Part shown: one piece after another, positions 10,354-19,700 of the stretch
Numbering within the stretch: position 1 is the stretch's first letter
How the letters are laid out: every line of letters begins with the position of its first letter
Assembly: GCA_965209055.1 (NCBI GenBank)
Contig: OZ242374.1
Span: forward strand, 4,992,001-5,056,000
Origin: Acidobacteriota bacterium
GTDB lineage: Bacteria; Acidobacteriota; UBA6911; RPQK01; JAJDTT01
Length of the DNA stretch: 64,000 nucleotides
Reading direction: 5' to 3'
Notes under the pieces: generated by a model
Databases searched by the model: none
What the model was told of the DNA's origin: nothing
Seen by the model: the letters and a program-made list of their open reading frames with translations, nothing else
Translations under genes and position numbers: made by a program

Positions 10354-11853
10354 CTACCGGAATCTCAAGGAGTAGAGGTCCGCGTCCTGCATCACGAAGC
10401 GCAGCTTCACGGGGTCGCCCGCGATCCGGCGCATCAACTGTTCAGAGGTTTTCCGCGAACGGCTGCGGTCCCAACGGACGGTATGTTCGATCTCGTCGCC
10501 CCACACGATGGGAGATTCCTCCAGGCTGAAGCCCGGCATCGGATTGCCGAAGATGTCCTGAATCTCAATCTGAATGCTTCCGGCCGCGGAGGTCGCGAAA
10601 TTCAGAACCAGGGAGTCGCCGTCGAAGGTCAACGGCTTCGTGACCAATTCGCCTTCCTCCGCTCCGGCATTTGCGGAGGAGAACCCGTCGGTGCGCAGTA
10701 CGAACCGTTCCAGATGGACACTGGGAAAGGTGTAGTGGCGCTGCACGTAAAGAGAGAGTTCGTCCGGTCCGGTGGGGACCAAGCCCGTCGCCGGCGTGTT
10801 GGCGCGATGAATCCAGTTCCGGACGTGGCGGCCGGGCCGGATGAACGCCTCCATGAAGGTTCGCCGCCAGTGCTGTCCATCCCGGCTGCTGAGGAGAACC
10901 ACGTCCGAAGCTCCCGCATACCGCTGGGACCTGAAGGGCGCCAGAGTGCGCCAGGGGACCATCCGCCGGGGGAAAGCCAGAAAGATGTGGGGCGCCCGAA
11001 AATAGGGGTTCGCGGCATTTGTATAGAAATGCTCGGGCTGTGTGTCCCCCACGTCGATGAATTCGGGCGGGGTCCAGTGGATGAAATCGGGAGATGTGGA
11101 CCGTACGACCTCCCGGACCCTCTGGCCCCGGAGTCCCCGAAGATAAGCAACGTATTCCTCCCGCTCCGAATCCCAGAAGGCCAGATCGCCGCCCCAATCC
11201 ACGGCTTGGGTGATGAGGGGCTCGTCCTGAATGAGACGCCAGTGAATCCCGTCGGCGGACACCACCCCCATGACGTGTTTCAGGCCCGGACTATGGTAGT
11301 TGGCCAAGGCCTTGTAACGCTGATCTTCGGGGGCCTGGGGATTCTCGTCCCTGAATGCCATGAAGCAGTGGGCCGGGTCTCCGTGGGCCCCGGTCCAGAC
11401 GATGTTGTTGTCTCTGGATCCATTGAACTCGAACAGCCCCAGGGAGGGTCGGGTCCAATGGACTCCGTCCCGGCTCTCGGCATAGCAGGTGAATGAGGGA
11501 TGGTCGGGCGTGACTGTTTCCCCCGGCTCCAGCATGGAATGGACGGTCAGACCCTTCGCGAAATGGGTGCTGCCGCGGTAATACATGCGATACCGGTCCC
11601 CATCCTTGAAAACCGAGATGTAGTCGCTCGTCCCACCTTCCCAAGGACGGTCGAAAGAAAGGACCTTGCCGGCGGAACGGGGGGGATGAAGCTTCAACTC
11701 CACGCCCCTCATGGACTCGATCAGGGTGTCGTCGACAAACAACTCCAGGCGCGAACCCAGTTCCAGCGGTTTCACGTCATCCGTGTTTCGAGCCGGAGAG
11801 AAGTGGAGGAAAAGAAAGCTCAGCAGACCGGCGGCAACCGCGCGAAATTTCAT
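10354..11853 (-). CDS. Exported five-bladed beta-propeller protein (GH32/GH43-like), same family as its neighbour
   Basis: Signal peptide; LELFVDD, CYAESRDGVHW, SADGIHW, SPDFIHW, LRTDGF, DADLYSLRF. Confidence 0.7.
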   Translation of the reverse strand: MKFRAVAAGLLSFLFLHFSPARNTDDVKPLELGSRLELFVDDTLIESMRGVELKLHPPRSAGKVLSFDRPWEGGTSDYISVFKDGDRYRMYYRGSTHFAKGLTVHSMLEPGETVTPDHPSFTCYAESRDGVHWTRPSLGLFEFNGSRDNNIVWTGAHGDPAHCFMAFRDENPQAPEDQRYKALANYHSPGLKHVMGVVSADGIHWRLIQDEPLITQAVDWGGDLAFWDSEREEYVAYLRGLRGQRVREVVRSTSPDFIHWTPPEFIDVGDTQPEHFYTNAANPYFRAPHIFLAFPRRMVPWRTLAPFRSQRYAGASDVVLLSSRDGQHWRRTFMEAFIRPGRHVRNWIHRANTPATGLVPTGPDELSLYVQRHYTFPSVHLERFVLRTDGFSSANAGAEEGELVTKPLTFDGDSLVLNFATSAAGSIQIEIQDIFGNPMPGFSLEESPIVWGDEIEHTVRWDRSRSRKTSEQLMRRIAGDPVKLRFVMQDADLYSLRFR

Positions 11854-11944
11854 CGCTTCATCCTACACGAGCGGCGGAAGAACCCGTGCACAAACCGGAG
11901 CCGCCCCGCCGCAACGCGCGATTCAATCGTCAGGGAAGGAGGGA

Positions 11945-12020
11945 TGGTAGCCCCAACGGGAGTCGAACCCGTGTTACCGCCTTGAGAGGGCGGCGTCCTA
12001 GGCCACTAGACGATGGGGCC
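11945..12020 (-). tRNA. tRNA-Glu(CTC)
   Basis: GGCCCCATCGTCTAGTGGCCTAGGACGCCGCCCTCTCAAGGCGGTAACACGGGTTCGACTCCCGTTGGGGCTACCA; cloverleaf, anticodon CTC, encoded CCA. Confidence 0.97.
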
Positions 12021-12037
12021 ACCTGACGAAGACGAAT

Positions 12038-12065
12038 TTTTTACCAAGCCGGGCTGAGTTGTCAA
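12038..12065 (-). promoter_or_regulatory. Probable sigma70 promoter of tRNA-Glu
   Basis: TTGACA-16 nt-TAAAAA on the minus strand just upstream of the tRNA. Confidence 0.6.
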
Positions 12066-12125
12066 TCTCGGGGACGGTGAGACCGTCGGGATGAACCGGC
12101 CAGAATCGAGGACGTTGCAATGGAT

Positions 12126-13736
12126 TCAGACCCTCAATTTCTCGGCGACGAGCGCCTCGATCTTGGGATCCACGACCGCCGTCTCCGCCAGAAGCTTGAG
12201 GAAACGGTCCCTGTCCACTGCCGTATCGACGGCTTTGGCTTCACCTGGGAACACGATCTCCATTCCGCCCCGCGCGACCTCGAGACGATAGTCGCCGCGC
12301 CCCAGTTTCACCCGCGTCTCGATGCAGTCCCAAGCTTGCTTCCGGGCCAGTTTTAGGGCGGCTGAACGCTGGCGGGCGCTCCAGCTTCCGACGAACCACT
12401 CGGCGAGGGGTTTCGGACGTTCCGGCGCCGGTCCCAGGTCGAAGCCGGTGGCGGCCATCCCATGGCTAAGGGTCGCCATGCGATGGGAGACTGCCCGGGA
12501 AGCCGCCGGTCCGCCCCGGTGTGACATCGGCAACGACAACCATCCGGACCGGGCGCCGAACAGGACTGCGGCTGCCAGCCAGTCCTCTTCAGTCAGTTCG
12601 GGCGTCCGGAATTCCAGCAGTTCGGCACAGGTACGCCGCAGGAACAGCAACGACATCGCCCGAGGCAGCGGGGTCGAGTACTTGCGCCACAAATCGGAGG
12701 CTCGAAACTCCCCCAATCCGGTCAGGGACTCCAGGTCGTCCTGAAGTCCCCGGACCCGCTCCCGCAATTGGGATGAGATCCGCGTCGAGACGTCACCGAG
12801 GTACTCGAGCAGTGCGGCAGCCGCGTCGTCCCGGTCTCCGGCACCGGTCTCCCGCGCAAGCCTGCCAACGGCGCCCCAGAACAACCTCCTCCATGCGTTC
12901 CGCCCGTCGGAGTCGGAAATCGACTCTGCCGACAGCCGCGGTCCGGCGCCGGAGCGCATCCAGGATTCCAATCCCGCCAGGATTGAGCCCGTCAACTCGG
13001 GCGCGGGTTCGGGCGGCGGATCAAAGGAAATCCGACCAGCCGCAACGCCCAAGGGCTCACTCCGAGCGTCCATCCCGGCCGCGCTGCGATTGCTCGTCAG
13101 CCGCAGCATCGCCATGACCCCGCCGGCGGCCTGAGCGGGACCCAAGACGGCTTCCCGAGCGTCAGGAACCCGTTCCGGAGGCCAGGCATCCTTCGACGCA
13201 TTCGAGAATCGTGGATTGTCCGTCCTGGTGCTGAACTCGCTCCAGGGCACGTTGGCGTAGTCCCGGGCACCCCTCTCGCACGCCTTCCGTTCCTCCACCG
13301 ACCGAAACAGGATCTTCTCGATGGCAGATGTGGGGAGTGGCGCCGGGAGGAACAGCAACTCGGCCTTGCCCACTTCGTCGGGGAAACGGCGTTCCTGAAG
13401 ATTTCCCGACTCGAGAGAGAACACCCGTCCGGCGAACTCCTTGAGGGAAATCCTCACGATGCACGGTTTCAGGTGTTTCGCCTCGACGAGGGAGTGGTCG
13501 ACGGCTCCACGGCGGGCCTTGCCGGTGAACAACGGGATCCAGCCGGGGGAGCAGTCGAGGGTGTCCCGGTAGTACTTGTTCCCGAACCCGGCGGGAGGCA
13601 ACAAGAGGCCCGCCCCCAGCATGTACATCAGATTCAGGTGATTGGTAACCAGGTAGCCCGCCGCCGGACCTTGCCCCTTGATGAGGGTTGCGGATGGCTG
13701 TCCCATGGTGCTCAACAGAGATCCCTGAGTCGTCAA
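12126..13736 (-). CDS. Hypothetical protein, last gene of the DrmAB operon; possible N-terminal ADP-ribosyltransferase-like (DarT-like) fold
   Basis: 536 aa; TTG start overlaps the upstream stop by 4 nt; motifs YLVTNHLNLMYMLGAGLLLP, WIPLF, PCIVRI, KAELLFLPAPLPTSAIEKILF. Confidence 0.7.
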   Translation of the reverse strand: MTTQGSLLSTMGQPSATLIKGQGPAAGYLVTNHLNLMYMLGAGLLLPPAGFGNKYYRDTLDCSPGWIPLFTGKARRGAVDHSLVEAKHLKPCIVRISLKEFAGRVFSLESGNLQERRFPDEVGKAELLFLPAPLPTSAIEKILFRSVEERKACERGARDYANVPWSEFSTRTDNPRFSNASKDAWPPERVPDAREAVLGPAQAAGGVMAMLRLTSNRSAAGMDARSEPLGVAAGRISFDPPPEPAPELTGSILAGLESWMRSGAGPRLSAESISDSDGRNAWRRLFWGAVGRLARETGAGDRDDAAAALLEYLGDVSTRISSQLRERVRGLQDDLESLTGLGEFRASDLWRKYSTPLPRAMSLLFLRRTCAELLEFRTPELTEEDWLAAAVLFGARSGWLSLPMSHRGGPAASRAVSHRMATLSHGMAATGFDLGPAPERPKPLAEWFVGSWSARQRSAALKLARKQAWDCIETRVKLGRGDYRLEVARGGMEIVFPGEAKAVDTAVDRDRFLKLLAETAVVDPKIEALVAEKLRV

Positions 13737-14911
13737 CTTCCCTTGCTCCCGCCAATAAATCCTCTCCGAAGAACTTCGGGATCGTCAGGCAGTATCTCTT
13801 CGATTCGACTTTCGACCCCGCTCTGACGGAGCAGAACCACCCGCTCTCGCGCTCGGGCCACCATGACGTAGAAGAGCTTCATCGCCGCCTCCCGATCGTC
13901 AGGCCGATAGAAGTGCCGGTCGATGTCGGCCAGCACGGCGACATCGAACTCCAGGCCCTTGCAGGCCTGGCAGTTGATGACCAGGATGCCGCCTTCGTCG
14001 AACCGCACTTCGGGCCGATGGCTCCCGTAGAAGGATTCGATAGCCGGAGGATCATGGTCCAGGGCGGCTCCTTCCACGGAGCACAGCCCGTCGAGATAAC
14101 GCTGACGGACATCGTTGTTCGGAGCGAGGACGCCGACCATCGTCCTCGGATCGCGATCGGCGAGCCGGACGATCCGGCGGCAGACCTCCGCAAGACGCTC
14201 CGGCGGATAATCGATGAGCCACGCGGGCAACCCCTGGCGCCCCGGCAATGCCGGTCGCGGGCTGGCAGGATCACCCGTGTAGAACGCGCGAGCCAGCTTG
14301 GCCACCGGCGCGCTGTTGCGATAGTTGTGGGTCAATTCGACGACGTCCTTCGTGTCGATGCCCAGTTCCGTTTCAAGGTCCTTGCGGCTGCTGTGGGCCT
14401 CGGTGATCTGTTGATTCTGATCTGCCGCCACGAAGAACTGTTCGAAGCCCAGCATGACCAGCGACCGGTAAAACTGTGGCGGCATGTCCTGACCCTCGTC
14501 GATTACAAGGTACGGAGCATTCTTGACAGGCCCTACCTGTTTCACGAGATCCGAAACGGCGTCCCAGTCGATGGGTTGGAAACCACCGGGAGGATCGGCA
14601 CGCTTGGTCGGCAGCAGTTGGCCGGTAATTTCCCAGATCTTCCGGCCAAACCACTTTATCCAAGTGGTGCTCGACAGCGTCTCTCCAGCGAGTTGGTCGC
14701 TCCAACGGTGGAGCAGATGATTGTGGACCAGGAAAACATGAGGGTCACCATCCCTGGCGTGACGCAGGACCCGAATCAGCGCCAACACCGTCTTCCCGGT
14801 CCCCGGGCCGCCGACGATCAGATGCTGGCCATTCTTGGACAGGGCCAGAGCCGCTTCCTGTTGCTTGCTCAGGTCCTGGATGCCCGGCAGTTCAAACCGG
14901 CGCTTCGCCAT
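13733..14911 (-). CDS. Compact UvrD-like SF1 helicase/ATPase (about 392 aa)
   Basis: Walker A GGPGTGKT, Walker B VIDEGQD, NYRNS, KGLEFD, YVMVARAR. Start ATG (MAKRRFELPG) lies 1 nt after the drmB stop. Confidence 0.85.
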   Translation of the reverse strand: MAKRRFELPGIQDLSKQQEAALALSKNGQHLIVGGPGTGKTVLALIRVLRHARDGDPHVFLVHNHLLHRWSDQLAGETLSSTTWIKWFGRKIWEITGQLLPTKRADPPGGFQPIDWDAVSDLVKQVGPVKNAPYLVIDEGQDMPPQFYRSLVMLGFEQFFVAADQNQQITEAHSSRKDLETELGIDTKDVVELTHNYRNSAPVAKLARAFYTGDPASPRPALPGRQGLPAWLIDYPPERLAEVCRRIVRLADRDPRTMVGVLAPNNDVRQRYLDGLCSVEGAALDHDPPAIESFYGSHRPEVRFDEGGILVINCQACKGLEFDVAVLADIDRHFYRPDDREAAMKLFYVMVARARERVVLLRQSGVESRIEEILPDDPEVLRRGFIGGSKGS

Positions 14912-14912
14912 G

Positions 14913-16793
14913 TCAGCCTCGCTGTTCCGGACCTTCCACGATGTCGAACAGCCCCGTAATGCCGCCGGCGACTTCCGTGACGAAGGCGCGATCCAACAGC
15001 ACGTTGCCGAAGGCGCAACTCGTCTCCGGAAGCAGGGCGCAGGCATGGCAGGCAGCACGGTTCAGGAGCCCGGGACCGTGACCTTCCTGCCGGGCGCAGA
15101 CCGGATCCAGCGAGCACCATTCGGCCGCCTCGACCGCCGAACTCAACAGTCGGATGAACCGGCTCGGCTCGGCCTGACTCATCAAACCGCCCAGGGAACC
15201 TTCCGTGTCCGGCACGGCGACATAGATCAGGACTCCCGCCATCGACCCGGAGTCCACAGCGCCCCCGTTCTGACAATAGATGCGTTCGCGCAACGACGCA
15301 GCAGGATATCCGGCCTTTGTCTCCAGTTCCCGGATCATCAGGTGAGCCAGCGTGTGCAGAAGCAGGAAGCGGGGAGAAACCGTTGGAGGTCCCATCGGTG
15401 AACGGATGCCCGACCCATTGAACCGGTCGAGAAATATCCGGGCGCGGTCCCGAACCTGCCGGTCCGCCTCCCATCGCCTCATAAACGACTCGCGCAAGGT
15501 GAAGAAGATCCCCTCTCCGTAGAGTTCCAGAGCCGGCAGCCAGTCGGCCATCCCGGCGAGATCCGGCGGTGTCATCCGGCCTTCGAGACGCCGGAACCCA
15601 TCGAGCACCAGGATCTCCTTGAGCCGGTTGACGGCGATCAGCCGGTCCACGGCGGTGATCAGCCGGGCGGCGGTTCCCTGCAGCTTTCCTCCGAGATCGG
15701 ACCAAGCCCGCGTGTGATGTTCGGTGACGAAGTCCTCGTCCTCATGAAGGTCCGGAATCTCCCCGATCAATGCCCGGTACTCGCTGCCGAGCAGATCCCC
15801 ATCGCCGGCGGATTTCCCGTAGAGCGGGTATCCACCCTCGATCTCCTCGAGCGCTTCCTCGACTTCATCGATGCCGCAACCCCACTCGGCGGCGATTCGC
15901 CCGAGAGTCGTCCTTCGCTGCAGCTCGGTCCGGCAGTCCCGGATCTCCTCCTTCCGGTCCGTGCTGCTGTAGAGCCGGTCCACCACGGTTCCCTTGCGGA
16001 TGCGGGATTCAGGGGGGATGACCAACGCGGTCCGGGTCTCCGGCGAGTGGACGCGAACGTCGCCGATCTCCAGGATCCAGGCCAATCCCTCCGGCCTCTC
16101 CTCGGGGGGTTTGCGCAGCCACGGCTGCTGCCATTCGTGGCCGAAATAGGGAAAGCGCGACGCAATGGGACCGGAGGCGCGGCATCTCGTACAAAGAACC
16201 CGGTAACCCCACTCGGCAGGTTGGATCTGCAGGTACGGACTCTTCCAATCCGCCGGACACGCCCTTGAAGCCGCGCGTCTCGGCTCGGGGTGCGCCAGAG
16301 CATGCCAGGGCACGTCCGCCAGGTAGCCGTGTTCGTGCGCCAGCACCCAGGGGACCTGTTCCAGCTTGCCCCCGCAGACCGGATCGTCGCCACCCATCCG
16401 ATGGTGCGGTGCGGGACCCGAGCAGCGGGACGGGTCGATCTGCACTTCGCCGCGTGTTTCGGTCCGGTCGGTTCGGGCGCGCCGCCACGGGAGATGATGG
16501 AGCAGGCCGCACCTGGAGCACCGCGTCCAGGCCGGAAAGCGCATGGCCGGAATGGCGTGTCCGGAAACCCGGCCGTTGTTCTCCACCTTCGCCTTCGGCG
16601 GCGTGCGCAGGGCCTTGTCGATCTTCAGGGCGCGGCGCACCCGCTCGACGTGGCGAATCCCCTGTTCGTCGCTGCCCTTCCAGAATGTCGTGTCCTTCAC
16701 CGTCACCAGGTGATCCGGCCCCCGGACCACCGCGCCCACGGAACAGTGCCGCAGCAGGTGCGATAGCCGCACCGGCATGGCTTCGTCAGTCAT
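14913..16793 (-). CDS. drmB: DUF1998 (MrfA-like Zn-binding) protein, DrmB family
   Basis: LLLHTLAHLMIREL..AGYPAASLRERIY, DTEGSLGGL, CSLDPVC, AACHACALLPETSC..GNVLLDR. Confidence 0.88.
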   Translation of the reverse strand: MTDEAMPVRLSHLLRHCSVGAVVRGPDHLVTVKDTTFWKGSDEQGIRHVERVRRALKIDKALRTPPKAKVENNGRVSGHAIPAMRFPAWTRCSRCGLLHHLPWRRARTDRTETRGEVQIDPSRCSGPAPHHRMGGDDPVCGGKLEQVPWVLAHEHGYLADVPWHALAHPEPRRAASRACPADWKSPYLQIQPAEWGYRVLCTRCRASGPIASRFPYFGHEWQQPWLRKPPEERPEGLAWILEIGDVRVHSPETRTALVIPPESRIRKGTVVDRLYSSTDRKEEIRDCRTELQRRTTLGRIAAEWGCGIDEVEEALEEIEGGYPLYGKSAGDGDLLGSEYRALIGEIPDLHEDEDFVTEHHTRAWSDLGGKLQGTAARLITAVDRLIAVNRLKEILVLDGFRRLEGRMTPPDLAGMADWLPALELYGEGIFFTLRESFMRRWEADRQVRDRARIFLDRFNGSGIRSPMGPPTVSPRFLLLHTLAHLMIRELETKAGYPAASLRERIYCQNGGAVDSGSMAGVLIYVAVPDTEGSLGGLMSQAEPSRFIRLLSSAVEAAEWCSLDPVCARQEGHGPGLLNRAACHACALLPETSCAFGNVLLDRAFVTEVAGGITGLFDIVEGPEQRG

Positions 16794-19700
16794 CGCGTTG
16801 CAACACTCCCGTGTCCTCGACGTTGCGCATGGAGTTCAGCGTCCGCCACAGCCCCCGGGAAGGCGGGTCGTCGAATTGGCGCAATAGGCCGTCTGCGGAT
16901 CGATCATTCGCCTGGTAGCTCAGCCGTCGCCTCTGCCGCTCGCAACGCCGCGCTTCCTGGTGCCATCGTTCGGCGAGCCGGTCGAGGTGGCGGCCCGAGA
17001 TCTCGCCCCGAGCCTCGTCGGCTTCCCGGCAACGGCGCTTCAATCGCCGGATCACCTCCCTCACCCGGTCGTCGTTGGCGTCGAATGCGCCGGCGTCCTC
17101 GTTCCGACTCCAGGCGTCGCACCCGTGGCGCAGAGCCGTCACCAGGGCGGCATGCAGGGCGCGGGTGCGGACCTGGTAGGTGAACGGCGTCACGCTGGTC
17201 GGCTCCACGAACCGGTAGAAGGACTCGTGGTAGGGACGGAAGTTCTCGTAGTGGGAGAGGCTGCGTGCCTGGTGGCGGTAATAGTTGGAGAAAACGAGGC
17301 CCGGGACGGCGGCGCGGCCGATTCGGCTGCTGGCCTGGACGTACTCGGCGGTGGTGAGCGGCTGGCCGTTGATGACCATCGCCGCCAACCGGTCGACGTC
17401 CACGCCCACCGAGATCATGTTCGTGGCCAGTACCGCGTCCAGGCAGTCCGGCTCGCCCCGGCGGCGATGCAACTGATCGAAGGTCCGGGCGTTCCGTTGC
17501 GGCGGCGAGAAACTGGTGAGCTGCACCACGTTCTGCCGCAACTCGGCCGCGCCTTCCGCGTCGGTCCGCTCGGGGTCGGCCGTCGAGTCACCGTCGGACC
17601 CTGCGCCGTCCCGGACCCCCTGTCTGTGTTCCCGGTCGAAACGCCGCACCAAGTCGCGCACCGAGGTCGCATAGGTGTTGTGGCTGTTGCCGACGCCTCG
17701 CAGGCTGCCGTGATAGATCACCTGGGTCCACCAGGCCTCCAGCAGGTCGTCCCGGTCCTGCTGATCCCGGAACACGGCCAACGGCGCGTGCAGCAGGGCG
17801 GCGGCCAACGGCGCCAGGCAGCGCCTCTGATCCAGCGCCGGCGCCAGGTAGCCGACGTAGAGACGGCCCGGCCTCGATGGATCCGTCCGCGCAAACCACG
17901 AATCCTCCGCCGAGAGGCCCGGCGGCGGAAACACGGCGAGCTCGCGCCCGTACAGCCGTCTCACCTGCTCCCGAGCCATGCGGATGGTGGCGGTCGACGC
18001 CACGTATTTGGGACGCACGCCGCGTTGCTCCAGCACCGTCTCCAACCCCGCCTCGTAGAGGCCGGCCACGGACCCGAGCGGTCCGGCGATGAGGTGGAGT
18101 TCGTCCTGGATCACCAGCTCCGGAGGGCGGCGGGGAGAGCGGCTCCCGGGCGGCCGTCTGCCGAGGAAGACCGAAGACCGTTCCTCCCAGGCCAAGCGGG
18201 CAAACTTGTCGATGGTGGCGATCAGGAGCGTCGGCGGGCGTTGATACAAGGCCTCGTCAACGACGTTGCAGGGCAGCGGCGCCGGCTCGTCCGACTCGCC
18301 GTCCGGACCGAACTCGCACTCGGGATTCCGGCACAGGAAGGCAAACGACTCCAGCGTTGCCCGGTAGCTCCGAGGCGCCTCGAACTCCCGATTGCACCAC
18401 GGACACGTTCTCAGCACGAGTTGGTGACCGGCGTCCTCATCGCCCGCCGCCAGTTCCTTCACGCAATCCTTCGCCTGCTGGCAGGTATTCGGACTCGCCG
18501 CGCGGCCGACCCACATGCCGACGGTGATGGGCTCATCGCCAAGCCGATCCGGATTCTCCCGGCGCAACAGCTCCAGGGCGCAGATGATGCGGGTCGCGCG
18601 CTCGAACTGCTGCCGGGTCAGCAGCCGCAGGGTGTAGCGCATCAGAACCGCCGCACCGCCGCCCATGGTCCCGTGTTGGAAGCGCCGCCACACGATCAGA
18701 AACGCGACCAGGCCCAGGTAGGCCTCCGTCTTGCCACCGCCCGTGGGAAACCAGATCAGGTCCAGCACGCCGCGGAAGTCGTCCTCCTCCCGGACGGTCG
18801 ACTCGATGACGGCCAGCAGAAAGGCGAGCTGGAACGGGCGCCACCGGTACTTCCGAGGGTCCCTCGGTTCGTCCCGCTTCCTTTCAGTCCGGTTGAGATC
18901 CTGCTGCCGCATCTGCGCCAACATCGCCCGATTGGCCTGCCGGAATGCGAACCTCGCCCCGGCATCGGTCCGGAGCAGCGCCACGCCCCGGCGCATGCGG
19001 TCCCGCGCCGTGGCCATCCGCCCGCAGATCCGCCCGGCAGTGTCCCGTTCCACCGCGGATTCCAGGTCATCGGCGTCGCGGGACTGCTCTCTGATCCAGC
19101 GCTCGTAGCCATCCACGAAAACGTCGAGCCGGTCCGCAACCGCTTCGGCGGAGGCTTCGGCCAGGTCCTTCATGACCAGGATGTCCTCATCCACACCCCG
19201 AGCTTTCACCGTCACGAGGGGCACGTCCACCTCTGGAATGAATCTGGTCCGGATCCTGGGGGGCGTCCCCGATTCGACGGTCCAGTCCACCGCCGCCCCA
19301 TGGCCCACCGCGTAGATGCGCTTGTCGCGATACTGAAGCTCGAGTTCCCGCTCTTCCTCCGTGAGCAGGCTCGGGTCGACGCGTGGGTACTCGGCCAACT
19401 CGCCGTTCACGACCTCGCATTCCAGACCCGCCTCGAACAGGCAGCGCTCGTCGCGGTCCTCACCGATTCGGGCCGGATTCCTGCGGTTCGCGAAGACCAC
19501 GGTGAGGATGCGGCCCTGCCCATGGGGCCGCTGGCGGACTTCGAGGAGCAGGTCTTCGGACTTCCTGGATTCGCCCCCGGTCCATTCCAGGGCGCATTCG
19601 AGGGACTTGCGCCGGTATTCGCGGCTCAGAAACCGTCCCTGATCATCCCTCTCACCCCTCCGTTCGTAAACGGCCGCGGATGCCGTGATGCGCAGTCTCA

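Noticed and set aside
11854-12125. tRNA-anchored integrative element or prophage
   Set aside because: No integrase, phage genes or duplicated tRNA 3' end seen next to either tRNA.
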